Virus record (IMG/VR): IMGVR_UViG_3300046714_000194
Location: 1 to 50,724 of that record
DNA: 50,724 nt
Direction: 5' to 3' (one strand)
Source of the DNA: a virus
Taxonomy: Duplodnaviria; Caudoviricetes
The translations under genes were made by a program, and so were the position numbers. The first letter of the stretch is position 1; the number at the start of each line of letters is the position of its first letter. This document shows, in pieces, positions 26,880 to 36,503 of the stretch. The notes beneath the pieces were generated by a model, which ran no database searches, was not told the DNA's origin, and saw only the letters and a list, made by a program, of their open reading frames with translations.

Positions 26880-27218
26880 TTACCGGCAGCGCGCGAAACC
26901 GCCGCACGCCCGTACGCCGGCCTGCGTCTCGGCCGAGGCAATGCACGCCGCAGGTACGAGCGTGAGGTGCCGCGCGTCCGCACGAGCCATAACGTCGTCG
27001 CAATCGGCGTGCGCGCCTTCCGGGCAACCGAGCGCGCGAAGTCGTGCGCAGGCCTGGCCGTAGATCGTCGACGGGTCGAACCCAGCGTCAGCGAGCGGCC
27101 CCGGGGGATCCGGCGGCAGCGGCGGCAGCGGCGCCGGCGAAGTGCAGCGGCACGCGCCGAGCACCAACGCGGGCAGTAGCACGAAAGGGAACCAGCGGAA
27201 ACGTTGCTTGCGAGTCAT
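26880..27218 (-). CDS. Pro/Cys-rich lipoprotein
   Basis: Lipobox LVLGA-C. Confidence 0.65.
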   Translation of the reverse strand: MTRKQRFRWFPFVLLPALVLGACRCTSPAPLPPLPPDPPGPLADAGFDPSTIYGQACARLRALGCPEGAHADCDDVMARADARHLTLVPAACIASAETQAGVRACGGFARCR

Positions 27219-27985
27219 CGCCCGATCTTTCGGTAGCCGAACGCGATCAGCTGGGAAGCTTGGTTGACGAAGGCGTCGGTCACGAGGCAATCGCCGTTCG
27301 CGCCCCAACCCGCACCCCAGCTGTTGCGCAGCCAGAAGTGCCCACTGGCCTCCGACGCGAGCAAGACAGTCCAATGGCCGCCCCCGTCGGGATCGTCTTC
27401 GTTCATCAGTCCGAGCGGGGCCCGCCCTGGCGTCCACCTCATGAAAGCCGAGTCGACGTACGTGCCGACTCCGACCGGTGCGCCCGACGCGATCGCCTGC
27501 CGCGCCTCGTCGGCGTTGCCGATCTCGTACCACCCGACGTAGCGGTGCTCGCCTTCCGTCTCTAGGGATCCAAGATCCGGCTCGGGCAAGACGCCGTTCG
27601 TCGGGAAGCAGTCGGTTGCGGCGCCGGCGGGTTCGAGCGGCGCAATGCCGAACTCGGTGAGCCCGCGCATGGCGAGCGCCGGCATTGAACCCTGATCGAG
27701 CAGCGCGTGAGCCAAGGGATCGCCCCGCTCGAGCGCGACGGCGTTGCCGTAGATCTTGCCGGGCGACGGTACCCACGGCAGCGGCGCGCCTGCGACGGCG
27801 CACGATGTGGCAATGCCTGTGGCCGTTCCGTGCCCGACGCAGCCGCTGCACGAGCCCTGATCGAGCACGTACGGCGCGGCGTCGCGCAGGTCACGAGGCG
27901 CCGGTGTTGCGAGCAGCCCGAAGCGGTGTGCCCACTTGACGTAGACGGAGCGAAGCGCGTGGTGATCTGGGGTGTAGCCGAACAT
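27215..27985 (-). CDS. Papain-like (C1) cysteine protease
   Basis: DQGSCSGC, GGHW and RNSWG.GWG catalytic motifs. Confidence 0.88.
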   Translation of the reverse strand: MFGYTPDHHALRSVYVKWAHRFGLLATPAPRDLRDAAPYVLDQGSCSGCVGHGTATGIATSCAVAGAPLPWVPSPGKIYGNAVALERGDPLAHALLDQGSMPALAMRGLTEFGIAPLEPAGAATDCFPTNGVLPEPDLGSLETEGEHRYVGWYEIGNADEARQAIASGAPVGVGTYVDSAFMRWTPGRAPLGLMNEDDPDGGGHWTVLLASEASGHFWLRNSWGAGWGANGDCLVTDAFVNQASQLIAFGYRKIGR

Positions 27986-28332
27986 CAGGGGCCCACTTTC
28001 GTGGCGCCGCATTGGCGCACCCACGATGAGGCGAAGCTGTCGGCCTCGGCCTGCGAGATCGCCGAGAAGATTCCGACGACGACGCCGGCCGAAACGATCG
28101 CCCAACGCGCTTCGACACCCTGCACGGGGATCGCGCTGATCCCGGAAGCGCCGGCGGCAACGGCGGTGCCCTTCGCGACGGCGCCCCAATCACGCCGAGC
28201 GCCGTCGATCGCAGCACACTCTGGCGGGTCGATCGAGATTGCCGCTTCGGGTGCGCCGGCCATGCGTGCTTCTGAAAACGTGCCCGAGCAGCCGCACAAG
28301 GCGAGCGCCAGCACCAGCGCCACGCGGATCAT
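27985..28332 (-). CDS. Lipoprotein with hydrophobic hairpin
   Basis: Lipobox LALCG-C; two further hydrophobic segments. Confidence 0.65.
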   Translation of the reverse strand: MIRVALVLALALCGCSGTFSEARMAGAPEAAISIDPPECAAIDGARRDWGAVAKGTAVAAGASGISAIPVQGVEARWAIVSAGVVVGIFSAISQAEADSFASSWVRQCGATKVGP

Positions 28333-28559
28333 CGGATCCTCCGGTGCGGACCGCGCGCGGAGCTGAGATCGAGCGGCTCCACGTCAGGGCAGCACCCGGG
28401 CGCGCCCCCGATCGTGCAGCAAGCCTCACCTGTCCAGCAATTGCCGTGGCCGTCGTAGCAGCACACCTTTTGCGTGCCGCACTCTGGCGTCAACTCACCG
28501 TGACACGAAGCGCCGGCCAGCAGCAAGGCCAGCACAATGCAGGTTGCAACATGACGCAT
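28329..28559 (-). CDS. Small Cys-rich lipoprotein
   Basis: Lipobox LAGAS-C; CC-rich mature part. Confidence 0.6.
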   Translation of the reverse strand: MRHVATCIVLALLLAGASCHGELTPECGTQKVCCYDGHGNCWTGEACCTIGGAPGCCPDVEPLDLSSARGPHRRIR

Positions 28560-28578
28560 ACCCGTAGGCTAGCGCCTT

Positions 28579-29451
28579 CTATTGTAGCGCACGCCCCGCG
28601 GCCTTGTACGCGGTCCCGACGGTGTTGATTGTCGCGGTCAGGTCGTAGAGGGCATTGACCGAGCTGCCGCCGCCAGAGCAGCAGTTCGTCGGGCCCATGA
28701 ACCAGTAGGCGTGCATCTTCACGTAGGGGAGCAGATCCATGGCAGGCACCGCGGCGTTGATCATCGCAACTTCAGTCGCGGCGCTTTGCCCGATCGTCCC
28801 CCACTCCGGGATAATCATGTCCCACTTCGGGAATCCGGCGTGGACCTGCTTTACCAGGCCGATGAATGTCGCCGCATCCGCGACGCCGTCCGCCGCTGAA
28901 ATGTAGCGATCGAATGTCAGGTAGTCCGGTTCTCGGCAACCGTTCGAACGAATACCAGCGAGCCACGTGACGAAATGACCGCCGGCCGTATCGGGCATTT
29001 GCACGGTGTACGGGCTCGCTAGTTTGATTTCCGGGTGAGCGAGAATCGAAGGGTCGGTGACGAACGTGCACCACGCCGTAATGGCGTTGGCGTCGCTGAT
29101 TCCGTGCCCGTCGAACTCGCCGAGCGAAAGAATCACCCTGCTCTCTGCCGCTTCGGCGACGGCTTCAGCAACGAACGTCTGGTTGGTTACGTCGGTGTCG
29201 TTGTTGAGGTACGGGACGTAAACGGCGCCACCGATCTTCGGAGTTTCGCCTTCGCGCTTGCGGTAGAAGTTGTGCCACCAATTGTGACTCTGGTCGGCAA
29301 GCACTGAGTTTCGTTGCGTCAGATTCCACGTATTGGAAGACGAGGCAACGCTCACCATTACGTTGCCGATCTTGTGCGGAGTTCCTTCTACGAAGCTAGG
29401 CCCACAGCCGATTGCCAGTGCGACCGCGGCCAGCGCCGCATGCGCATTCAT
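28579..29451 (-). CDS. Lipoprotein glycoside hydrolase (GH128/Glyco_hydro_cc-like)
   Basis: Lipobox LAIG-C; YVP, LGEFD, DYLTFDRY, IPEWG and LPYV..AYWF pattern. Confidence 0.65.
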   Translation of the reverse strand: MNAHAALAAVALAIGCGPSFVEGTPHKIGNVMVSVASSSNTWNLTQRNSVLADQSHNWWHNFYRKREGETPKIGGAVYVPYLNNDTDVTNQTFVAEAVAEAAESRVILSLGEFDGHGISDANAITAWCTFVTDPSILAHPEIKLASPYTVQMPDTAGGHFVTWLAGIRSNGCREPDYLTFDRYISAADGVADAATFIGLVKQVHAGFPKWDMIIPEWGTIGQSAATEVAMINAAVPAMDLLPYVKMHAYWFMGPTNCCSGGGSSVNALYDLTATINTVGTAYKAAGRALQ

Positions 29452-29465
29452 TGGCGGCCGTGGGC

Positions 29466-30854
29466 CTAGGGGAATCTCCCTTGCGGGTTGTGGTAGTAGT
29501 TCGCGAAAGTGTCGACGTCGAACGTCTTCGCCGACGCACCGACGGACGAATACGTATTGTTCATTGCCCCGACCACGGTGCCCGCCGGGCACGCCGTCCA
29601 CGCGACGCTAGCGACCTGCACGTGGTCGATATCAAAGTAGGCGTTCGCCTGGCCGGCTTCGTGGCTAACCGTGAACGTCTTCGCCGTAGTGCCAACTGCG
29701 ATGCCCGTGTCCGAGCAGGTGATCACGCTCGCGGCAACACAGCACCCTTTCCAGTTCACGCTCGCGCTTTGGCCTGACGAGCCGGGCCGGTCGTAGACGA
29801 ACAGCATTCCGTTCGTCGGGTAAATCTGCGACGCAGCGCTCGTTGATGCGTAGCCGATGTTGTTTGCGAACTCAGCTGCGCCCGTCGAAAGGGCCTCGTT
29901 GAAGGAGCGTGTCTCGAATTCGACCGTGACGTTGGTGTCGAGCGGATAGGATCTGCCGTTGCCCGCGGTCGCGCTCCCCGATTCGACGATGCCTCCGAAC
30001 GATGTCGCCGCCGCGCTGACAATGAGCCGTAGCGATCCGACAACGCCCGATCCGTTCGTGTTCTGCTGGACCGTCGAGATCGTTGCCGACTGAATGTCGA
30101 GCCCGTTCGGGGCCATGTTCGAGTTGACCACCGGGAGAATCGGCAGTGCGAGATCGTCAACGTACGCAAAGCCTTCCGTCGCTCGCGCTCGGGACATGTC
30201 GACACGCCGTGCGAGCAGCGTCGTCGTTCCCATTGTGATCGTATCGCGGATTCGGTACGTGTAGTAACCGCCTCCGTGCACGAGACCCTTTGGCCCCGCG
30301 CTGATGCGAGGGCCGGCCGCGAACTCCGCGGCGGTATCTACGCGCGTATCGCGGATCGCGCTCCACGGCGTTCCGCCGGTGCCCTGCGTGAGTACGTAGA
30401 CGCCGCCGTCACTGAGGGTCGTCGGGTTCTGCAGCAAAAAGCGATCGCCAGTGACGAGCGTCACGTTGTCGACGGCTGCGAGCACGCCGTTCGCCGTAGC
30501 GGTCAGCGTGAAACCGACGCCGGGGCCGCCGCTCGACGTGTACGTCGGGAGCATTGCGGTCGTTACTGCAGCAACTTCGACTGCCGTGCTAGTGCTGCTG
30601 CCAACACCAGAGATCGCAGTATCGACGTACGTCTTCGTGGTGAGATCGGTTCCGACTGTTGGGGCGCCCGCGTTGAACGCCTTTTTGGTGTTCAGATCGA
30701 GCCCGGAAGCGTTGGCCTTGATCCCGCCGAGGTTGTCGATCACCGCGCCGAACCGGCCCGCATGCGGGTTGTGCCCGAAGAGCAGCGCCACGACGAGCGA
30801 GACTGCGGCCGACAGAGCGGCCAGACCTGCGAGACCCTTGAGATTCGTTTTCAT
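29466..30854 (-). CDS. Tail-fibre-like protein with N-terminal hydrophobic segment
   Basis: APT..DLTTKTYVD and VTLVTGDRFLL..GGVY fibre motifs. Confidence 0.65.
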   Translation of the reverse strand: MKTNLKGLAGLAALSAAVSLVVALLFGHNPHAGRFGAVIDNLGGIKANASGLDLNTKKAFNAGAPTVGTDLTTKTYVDTAISGVGSSTSTAVEVAAVTTAMLPTYTSSGGPGVGFTLTATANGVLAAVDNVTLVTGDRFLLQNPTTLSDGGVYVLTQGTGGTPWSAIRDTRVDTAAEFAAGPRISAGPKGLVHGGGYYTYRIRDTITMGTTTLLARRVDMSRARATEGFAYVDDLALPILPVVNSNMAPNGLDIQSATISTVQQNTNGSGVVGSLRLIVSAAATSFGGIVESGSATAGNGRSYPLDTNVTVEFETRSFNEALSTGAAEFANNIGYASTSAASQIYPTNGMLFVYDRPGSSGQSASVNWKGCCVAASVITCSDTGIAVGTTAKTFTVSHEAGQANAYFDIDHVQVASVAWTACPAGTVVGAMNNTYSSVGASAKTFDVDTFANYYHNPQGRFP

Positions 30855-30856
30855 GA

Positions 30857-31087
30857 TCAGCTTCCAGCCTCGATCTTGTCGTTTGCGTCGTTCACTTGCA
30901 GAACGTCCGTCGTGTTTCCGCCCGCGCCGTCGCCTGCGCCGAGTACGTCTTGCGTCAGGCTGCCCGGAGGTGACGGGGGCGGCACGACGACCGCCGTATC
31001 CACAGCCCCTGCCGAGATCGCGATCTGCACAACTTGCTGCTGCGTGCGGTTTCGCTTCGGTTGGGGGCGTATGAATGCGTCAGCCAC
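30857..31087 (-). CDS. Hypothetical protein
   Basis: Preceded by the promoter motif. Confidence 0.5.
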   Translation of the reverse strand: MADAFIRPQPKRNRTQQQVVQIAISAGAVDTAVVVPPPSPPGSLTQDVLGAGDGAGGNTTDVLQVNDANDKIEAGS

Positions 31088-31129
31088 GAGGCTAGGCTAG
31101 CGCCCGCGCCCCAATCCCCGTCGCAGGCA

Positions 31130-31732
31130 TTACAGCTCGATGATCTTCGCGGGGAACGAGGCGGCGATCTTGATCTGATCGTTTACGGCCCACGTGAATG
31201 GCACCAGGTTCGTCAGCTGCCCGGCGACGCCCGACGGTAGGATCATGAGTGTTTGCGAGTCGAAGAAGTTGACGCTACCGCCCCGATTGTTTGCGGGCGT
31301 CGACGAATCGCGCAGCTCGACAGATCCGGAGGCGATCTGCCCGCCGGCGAGCTTTGCAACGTCGATCTCCCACGACAACGCCGTAAAGGCGATCTTCAGC
31401 GAGCCCGTGCCCATGTTCGTGGTGCTGCCAAGCAGCAGCAAGAAAGAGATCTCGATGTTGTCGGTGCTGGTCTGGCGCCACCACGCGTCAGCCTCGCCGT
31501 TGCCGAGAGAGAAGCCGCCACCCGACGCCGACAGGGCCGGGACGAACTGCGCCCACTCGGTTGGGCCGTCACCCAACCCGGGCAGGGCCACGCGTGTACG
31601 CTGCCGCCCTGGATCGTCGGTGATCGTCGCTCCGATACACTCGATCTCGAGCGTGTCGCGCCCCTGCGCAACGCCCGTCCCGTTCACCAGGATTCGGCGA
31701 TTGCCGGGCAGAAGAGAGTCGAGCAAGCTCAT
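31130..31732 (-). CDS. Tail fibre-associated protein
   Basis: Position; beta-rich C-terminal domain. Confidence 0.55.
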   Translation of the reverse strand: MSLLDSLLPGNRRILVNGTGVAQGRDTLEIECIGATITDDPGRQRTRVALPGLGDGPTEWAQFVPALSASGGGFSLGNGEADAWWRQTSTDNIEISFLLLLGSTTNMGTGSLKIAFTALSWEIDVAKLAGGQIASGSVELRDSSTPANNRGGSVNFFDSQTLMILPSGVAGQLTNLVPFTWAVNDQIKIAASFPAKIIEL

Positions 31733-31748
31733 GGCGATCGAATCCGTA

Positions 31749-32393
31749 TTAGGGCGCGTGCGTGTAGTTGATCTGGATCCCGGCCAGACCGAGCTTCAGG
31801 ATCGCGGCGTTGGCGCCGGCCTCGCCGGTGAGGCGAACGAGATACCGGCGGAACTGCGACGACACGAAGCGGGAAGTTGTGAGCACGATCGTGTGCTGCG
31901 CGTCGTAGGCGGCTTGGGTGCCCGACGGGTCGGTGACGCTCGCGGAGAATGTCGTCGCAGCGGTGCCGGGGTCGACCTCGAGAAATTTCAGTGTCGGCTT
32001 CGTTGCCGGCAGTCCGGCGTGCGCACCAACACCGAGCGCCGCCGTTCCGCAGATGAATGCAACCACGCTGGTAACGGTGATCTGATCGGGCAGGACCATC
32101 TCAAAGTCGAGCGGTGTTGCGGCCGAGATATCCGTTTGCACCCACAGGCCCGGTGCCGTGCCGCCGCTGATCCAGCTCCACGTGCCGCCGACGATCGTGT
32201 CTTGCCGACCTGCCGGCATTGGCATCATGGCGGCGCCGTCGGAAGCGCCCGGCACCAACCGCTTGAAGTACGCCGTTCGGTTTGCCAACGCCGTGAATGG
32301 CACCACAACGGACGCGGCGTTACGCGGATCGCCAGGATCCGGCACCGTTACAGGCGTGTCGTAGCTGTCGGTGTCGGTGAGGCCGTGCGACAT
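31749..32393 (-). CDS. Tail fibre/baseplate-attached protein
   Basis: LANRTAYFK N-terminal fibre motif. Confidence 0.6.
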   Translation of the reverse strand: MSHGLTDTDSYDTPVTVPDPGDPRNAASVVVPFTALANRTAYFKRLVPGASDGAAMMPMPAGRQDTIVGGTWSWISGGTAPGLWVQTDISAATPLDFEMVLPDQITVTSVVAFICGTAALGVGAHAGLPATKPTLKFLEVDPGTAATTFSASVTDPSGTQAAYDAQHTIVLTTSRFVSSQFRRYLVRLTGEAGANAAILKLGLAGIQINYTHAP

Positions 32394-32414
32394 GTCGGGC
32401 CTAGGGTAGCGCCC

Positions 32415-33176
32415 TCACTGCACCGCCAACGTGAGCAGGTTTTCGCCAGCGCCGCCGACCCAGATACCGCCGTCGGCCCACGTATCTGCAGGCACGTCCC
32501 ATGTTTCTGCCCCGCCGATCCGCAACGTGATGTACCCGAGCGCGTGCGCGGCATTCCACTCGTTGGGCACAAGCCGAATCTCGGCGACTTCAGCAACCGT
32601 CAACGACGTGTCCCAAGTGCCGGTGTCGTCCCACGTTCCGGGGTCGCTCCAGATACCGTCATCGGTGACGGTGCCGGGCCAATCGAAGATCAGCCACCAA
32701 CGCGCCCAACGTGCCGTGTCTCCGTCCCATGGCGATCCGGTTGACTCGGTGATCGCACCGCCGATCTCCGAGTGGAAGCGCTTGCCGCTTTCGTACACCA
32801 GATCGATCGCGAATGGCGCTGCCGCCCAGAAGAGCTGCAGCTGCCGAAGCATCGCGTACGGCCCGCCGCGTGTCTTGTGATCGTCGAGCCAGCGCAAAAG
32901 GCGTGCGGCGTACACGGGATCGAGCTCGTTGGGGCCCCTCGCGATCTTGCGGCTGCGCCCGGTGAGGCCCAACGCGTCGACCGACTCGAGAAACAGAGGG
33001 AAACGCTTCTTAGTACCCTCGACTGCTGCCGCTCCGATCAGATCCATGTGGATCCCGAGGCTGTACAAGATCTTCTCGGCCAGGCCATGCTTCAGCCACC
33101 GCGGAGAGATCTCACGGATCGCATCACGGAACGTGAGCGCGGTCAGATTGGGCGCGTGGACGAGCAGACCTGACAT
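32415..33176 (-). CDS. Baseplate wedge protein (gpI/gp48 position)
   Basis: Follows baseplate J; E.D..Y..RL...TRGG pattern. Confidence 0.6.
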   Translation of the reverse strand: MSGLLVHAPNLTALTFRDAIREISPRWLKHGLAEKILYSLGIHMDLIGAAAVEGTKKRFPLFLESVDALGLTGRSRKIARGPNELDPVYAARLLRWLDDHKTRGGPYAMLRQLQLFWAAAPFAIDLVYESGKRFHSEIGGAITESTGSPWDGDTARWARWWLIFDWPGTVTDDGIWSDPGTWDDTGTWDTSLTVAEVAEIRLVPNEWNAAHALGYITLRIGGAETWDVPADTWADGGIWVGGAGENLLTLAVQ

Positions 33177-33179
33177 GGA

Positions 33180-34340
33180 TCACACCGTGCCCGGAGGGGG
33201 AACCTGGTGCACGACGATTCCGATCGTGCCGAGCGTTGCAACTTCGTTGGCGTCGAGCGACAGATCGCCGGCGGGCGTCACCATGGCAACGTTGAATACG
33301 CGCAGGCCCGGATCGGCACCAGCAATCGCGTTTTGAATGGCCGAGACGTAGATCTTGCCAACGACGCCCACGAGATCGCCGCCGATCGGCTCGGTCGAGA
33401 AGAAGCGAGTGAGCGACGCGGCGCAAAGATCCTGGATCTGGGCGTCGCTGAACCCGCTATCGGCATAGCAGTACACGTGCGCGCCGACGTTGACTGGCAC
33501 CTCGTCGGCCGAGTGTGTAAAGGCCGTCACGGCGAGCGGCGCGGACTGCGTTTGCACAGCCGCGTCCACGAACGGCAGGTCGGACGGGTCGATCCCGCCG
33601 GCGGCGTTTGCAACGTAGATATCGACACGCCCGAAGCCGTCTTTCGTGAGGCGCACACGCGTCACGCCGATGTTGGTACCGTCGCCGCGCACCGCCGAGC
33701 GGCAAACGAACCCATACGCATCGGGCGGGCCGTTGGGCGACAGCGCGCCGAGCTTCTCTTTGCAGCGAAGACGCAGGGCCGGGTCGAGCTCTGCGTCTAG
33801 CCCGATGATCGCGCTCTGCAGGCCGCACGTGACGCCCGGCAGCGGACTCGTAACGATCATCACGTCGGTGATCAGCGCAGTGCTTGCCGAGCCGGCCTGT
33901 GACGCCTGCAGGATGCACGGGATCCCGCTCGAGACGCTTGGGATCGTGATCGGGCCGACGTTGACGTACGTTGCACCTGTTCGGCCGTTGGTGATCTGCA
34001 GCTCGCCGTCGGCCAGGACGTAGATCCCGCCCGAGGAGTTTGCAAGTACGGCCGAGCCCTGCCCGAAAGTCGCCTCGATGCGATCGACGCCGTACACGTT
34101 CGACGCAAGCAGCGTGAGCCAGTCGCCCGAGGCAGTGTCGAGGAAACCCGACTTTGCGATCTCGGCCGTCAGCCGCGAAAGCGCAGAGATCAGGATCGAC
34201 GTCGCTGCGATCATCGTACGCACGACGCCGCCGGGCTTCCAAGTCGTAGTGTCGACACCGATCTGCGCTAGGACGCTGTAGATCGAGAGCCGCACCTGAT
34301 CGACGGTGAGCGGCTTGGTGAGATCTTCGATCGGCGTCAC
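33180..34340 (-). CDS. Baseplate J/gp47-like protein
   Basis: FLDTASGDWL, G.DAELD..LRLR..GP..AY. Confidence 0.88.
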   Translation of the reverse strand: MTPIEDLTKPLTVDQVRLSIYSVLAQIGVDTTTWKPGGVVRTMIAATSILISALSRLTAEIAKSGFLDTASGDWLTLLASNVYGVDRIEATFGQGSAVLANSSGGIYVLADGELQITNGRTGATYVNVGPITIPSVSSGIPCILQASQAGSASTALITDVMIVTSPLPGVTCGLQSAIIGLDAELDPALRLRCKEKLGALSPNGPPDAYGFVCRSAVRGDGTNIGVTRVRLTKDGFGRVDIYVANAAGGIDPSDLPFVDAAVQTQSAPLAVTAFTHSADEVPVNVGAHVYCYADSGFSDAQIQDLCAASLTRFFSTEPIGGDLVGVVGKIYVSAIQNAIAGADPGLRVFNVAMVTPAGDLSLDANEVATLGTIGIVVHQVPPPGTV

Positions 34341-34834
34341 GAGGTAACCTGCTGCAGTAGGGTAGCGCCGTCAGTCACGACGACGATCAGGCTGAACGGC
34401 CCAAGATTCGGGTCTTTCGGCGTGACGCGCACGTCGATCTCAAGGCGCCGGCGGGTTGCGTCGTACGTCACGACGGCCAGCGCGTTTGACACCCGATCGT
34501 CCTTCTGCAGCTCCGTTGCAATCTGCCCCTGGCAGCCCTGCAGGTCGCCGAGCGTCTTCGCGGCGTGCAAAAACTCGGTTACGTCGATCCCATAGTCGAG
34601 ATCGTCGGGCAGCGTCTCGCGGCGCGTGGTAATTCGGTGGTAACAGTCCTGCGCCAACGTTTCGGTGCTGTTGGGGTTCGTCGTGCCGAGTGCGGGGTCG
34701 AGATCGTTGACGCACTTCAGATCGGTGCCGTACCCGACGGCGGTTGTCTCGGGCACGATGCGAATCAGCGTGAGCTGCCCGTCAGGCGCTTCGATGATCC
34801 CGTCTTCGGCAAGCGTGGGCGGTGACGCGGTCAT
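34337..34834 (-). CDS. Baseplate wedge gpW/gp25/gp46-like protein
   Basis: RITT....PD..DYGID...DDRV. Confidence 0.7.
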   Translation of the reverse strand: MTASPPTLAEDGIIEAPDGQLTLIRIVPETTAVGYGTDLKCVNDLDPALGTTNPNSTETLAQDCYHRITTRRETLPDDLDYGIDVTEFLHAAKTLGDLQGCQGQIATELQKDDRVSNALAVVTYDATRRRLEIDVRVTPKDPNLGPFSLIVVVTDGATLLQQVTS

Positions 34835-35316
34835 GTGATCGGTGCTCCGTCGAAGAAGGCGCCGAGAATCGCGCGCGTTGGGGGCGTTGAAGCCGTCAGG
34901 ATGATCGCGCCGGTGGGGGCGTTGGGTTGCACGTTCGGCGCAACCTGCCCTTCGAGCGAAACGGCAGCGGCCGGGCCTGTGTACGCCCACAGATCGATCG
35001 ACGTTCCGAGCGCGAGCTGTAGCGCGGAGATTGCGGCAAGCTGCCCTTGCAGCTCGGCGATCAACTGCGCGAGCGCGGCGATCTGGATGTTGACTGTCGG
35101 AAGGCCGATCACGATGGCCGCTTGAATGGCAGCAACGAGCTGTTCGGCGGTTGCGAGCTGCGCTGCGAGCGTCGGCGGCGTCACCGAGATCCGCGCCGAC
35201 GCTGCGAGAGCTCCGGCGAGACGGGGCTGGATCCCGTTGATAAACAGCGCCGTTGCCGCGTCGACTTCGGGCATTGCAGCGCCGAGCGTCTTGCCGCCAA
35301 GAAAAACCGCGCTCAC
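34831..35316 (-). CDS. Hypothetical baseplate-region protein
   Basis: Coupled overlaps. Confidence 0.6.
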   Translation of the reverse strand: MSAVFLGGKTLGAAMPEVDAATALFINGIQPRLAGALAASARISVTPPTLAAQLATAEQLVAAIQAAIVIGLPTVNIQIAALAQLIAELQGQLAAISALQLALGTSIDLWAYTGPAAAVSLEGQVAPNVQPNAPTGAIILTASTPPTRAILGAFFDGAPIT

Positions 35317-36503
35317 TTGCCGTTGCCCGCAAGCACGTGCGGCCTCCCGGATTCGATGATCCCGACGGAAGGCGTGAGGATCGTGAGAACACCTGACGCA
35401 GGCGCGCCTGCAACGGTGCCCGTGAAGGCGATCGTCGGCGGGAAGTAGACGGTCACGCTATCGCCGAGGCACGCAACAGGGGCGGCGCCGCTCGGCCCGC
35501 CTAGGGTGAGCTCTTCGGGAATGTCTCCCGGCCCGCCCCTGCCGACGAACCCCGTGATCGCCGGCTGCGCGCGATCGCCGTCGATGAATTGCACGAGCAC
35601 TTCGCACCCGCGCGCGAGCTTGGCGTGGCTTCCGCTGACGCCCGGCCACATCGACGTCGCGATCGTGTTGGGCAGATCCTTGCGCGAGCCGCAGCGCTGC
35701 AGGTCGGCGCGATCCGAGTTCATCCCGATCACGCGGTAGCGATAGATCCCGTCGAGCCTTCGATCGATCAGCCGTTCGACGATGGCGCGCAGCGTGTCGA
35801 TCAGCGCCGTGCTTGCACCCTGCCCTGCCCACACGAGCATGCGAAGGCTGTCGGCCGTCGCCGCGATCTCGAGTGCCGTCACCGTCGCCGGCGCGTCGAG
35901 CCCTGCCGTCAGCACGGTGCCGATCCCAACCTTTGAGACGTCATCCAGCGCCAGCGTGATCTGCCCGTGCCGCGGGTCGTGCGAGATCACGGTGTAGTCG
36001 TCGGCCACAGGTACGGGCGGCGTCCGAGCTCCAACGCGCGTCACGCCGTCGTAGTCCACGCGCCAAGGGATCCCACGGCACGCATCTTCGAGCACGCGCG
36101 AGGCAACGCCTTCCGGACGCACGTAGTCGACGCCGAGGCGGGCGCCAATGGCGCTCGCGTCTGGCAGTTTCTCGCCGACCTGCCCCGCGACGGCCTGCGC
36201 GACGAACGAGCCTTTGACGCCTGCGTCGTTGTGGTCGGCGCGCGATGGCGCAAGTGTCTGCCATCCGGCTGCGCCCCCCAAGATCCGGGTGCGCCGCTGC
36301 AGCCCGAAGGTGCCGTCACGCTTCGGGGCGCGAGTGCCGACGAACGTTGCGCCGTCGATCGTGATCGCGCAGCCGAAAGGTGTCGCGGGCAGGTCTGGCG
36401 CGTCGTCGGCGAAGTCGACGTCGGCGTACCAAACGCCCACTCGGGGCACGTGGATCGAAACGCGCGTTGCGGCAAGCCCGTTGACGGCGATCGTGGAGCT
36501 CAC
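35313..36503 (-). CDS. Baseplate hub plus spike (gpD/gpV-like) fusion
   Basis: C-terminal RYRV..WPG..GCEVLVQFIDGD..P OB-fold pattern. Confidence 0.65.
   Translation of the reverse strand: MSSTIAVNGLAATRVSIHVPRVGVWYADVDFADDAPDLPATPFGCAITIDGATFVGTRAPKRDGTFGLQRRTRILGGAAGWQTLAPSRADHNDAGVKGSFVAQAVAGQVGEKLPDASAIGARLGVDYVRPEGVASRVLEDACRGIPWRVDYDGVTRVGARTPPVPVADDYTVISHDPRHGQITLALDDVSKVGIGTVLTAGLDAPATVTALEIAATADSLRMLVWAGQGASTALIDTLRAIVERLIDRRLDGIYRYRVIGMNSDRADLQRCGSRKDLPNTIATSMWPGVSGSHAKLARGCEVLVQFIDGDRAQPAITGFVGRGGPGDIPEELTLGGPSGAAPVACLGDSVTVYFPPTIAFTGTVAGAPASGVLTILTPSVGIIESGRPHVLAGNGK

Noticed and set aside
29466-32393. Diversity-generating retroelement or invertible tail-fibre cassette
   Set aside because: No reverse transcriptase, invertase or TR/VR repeat pair seen
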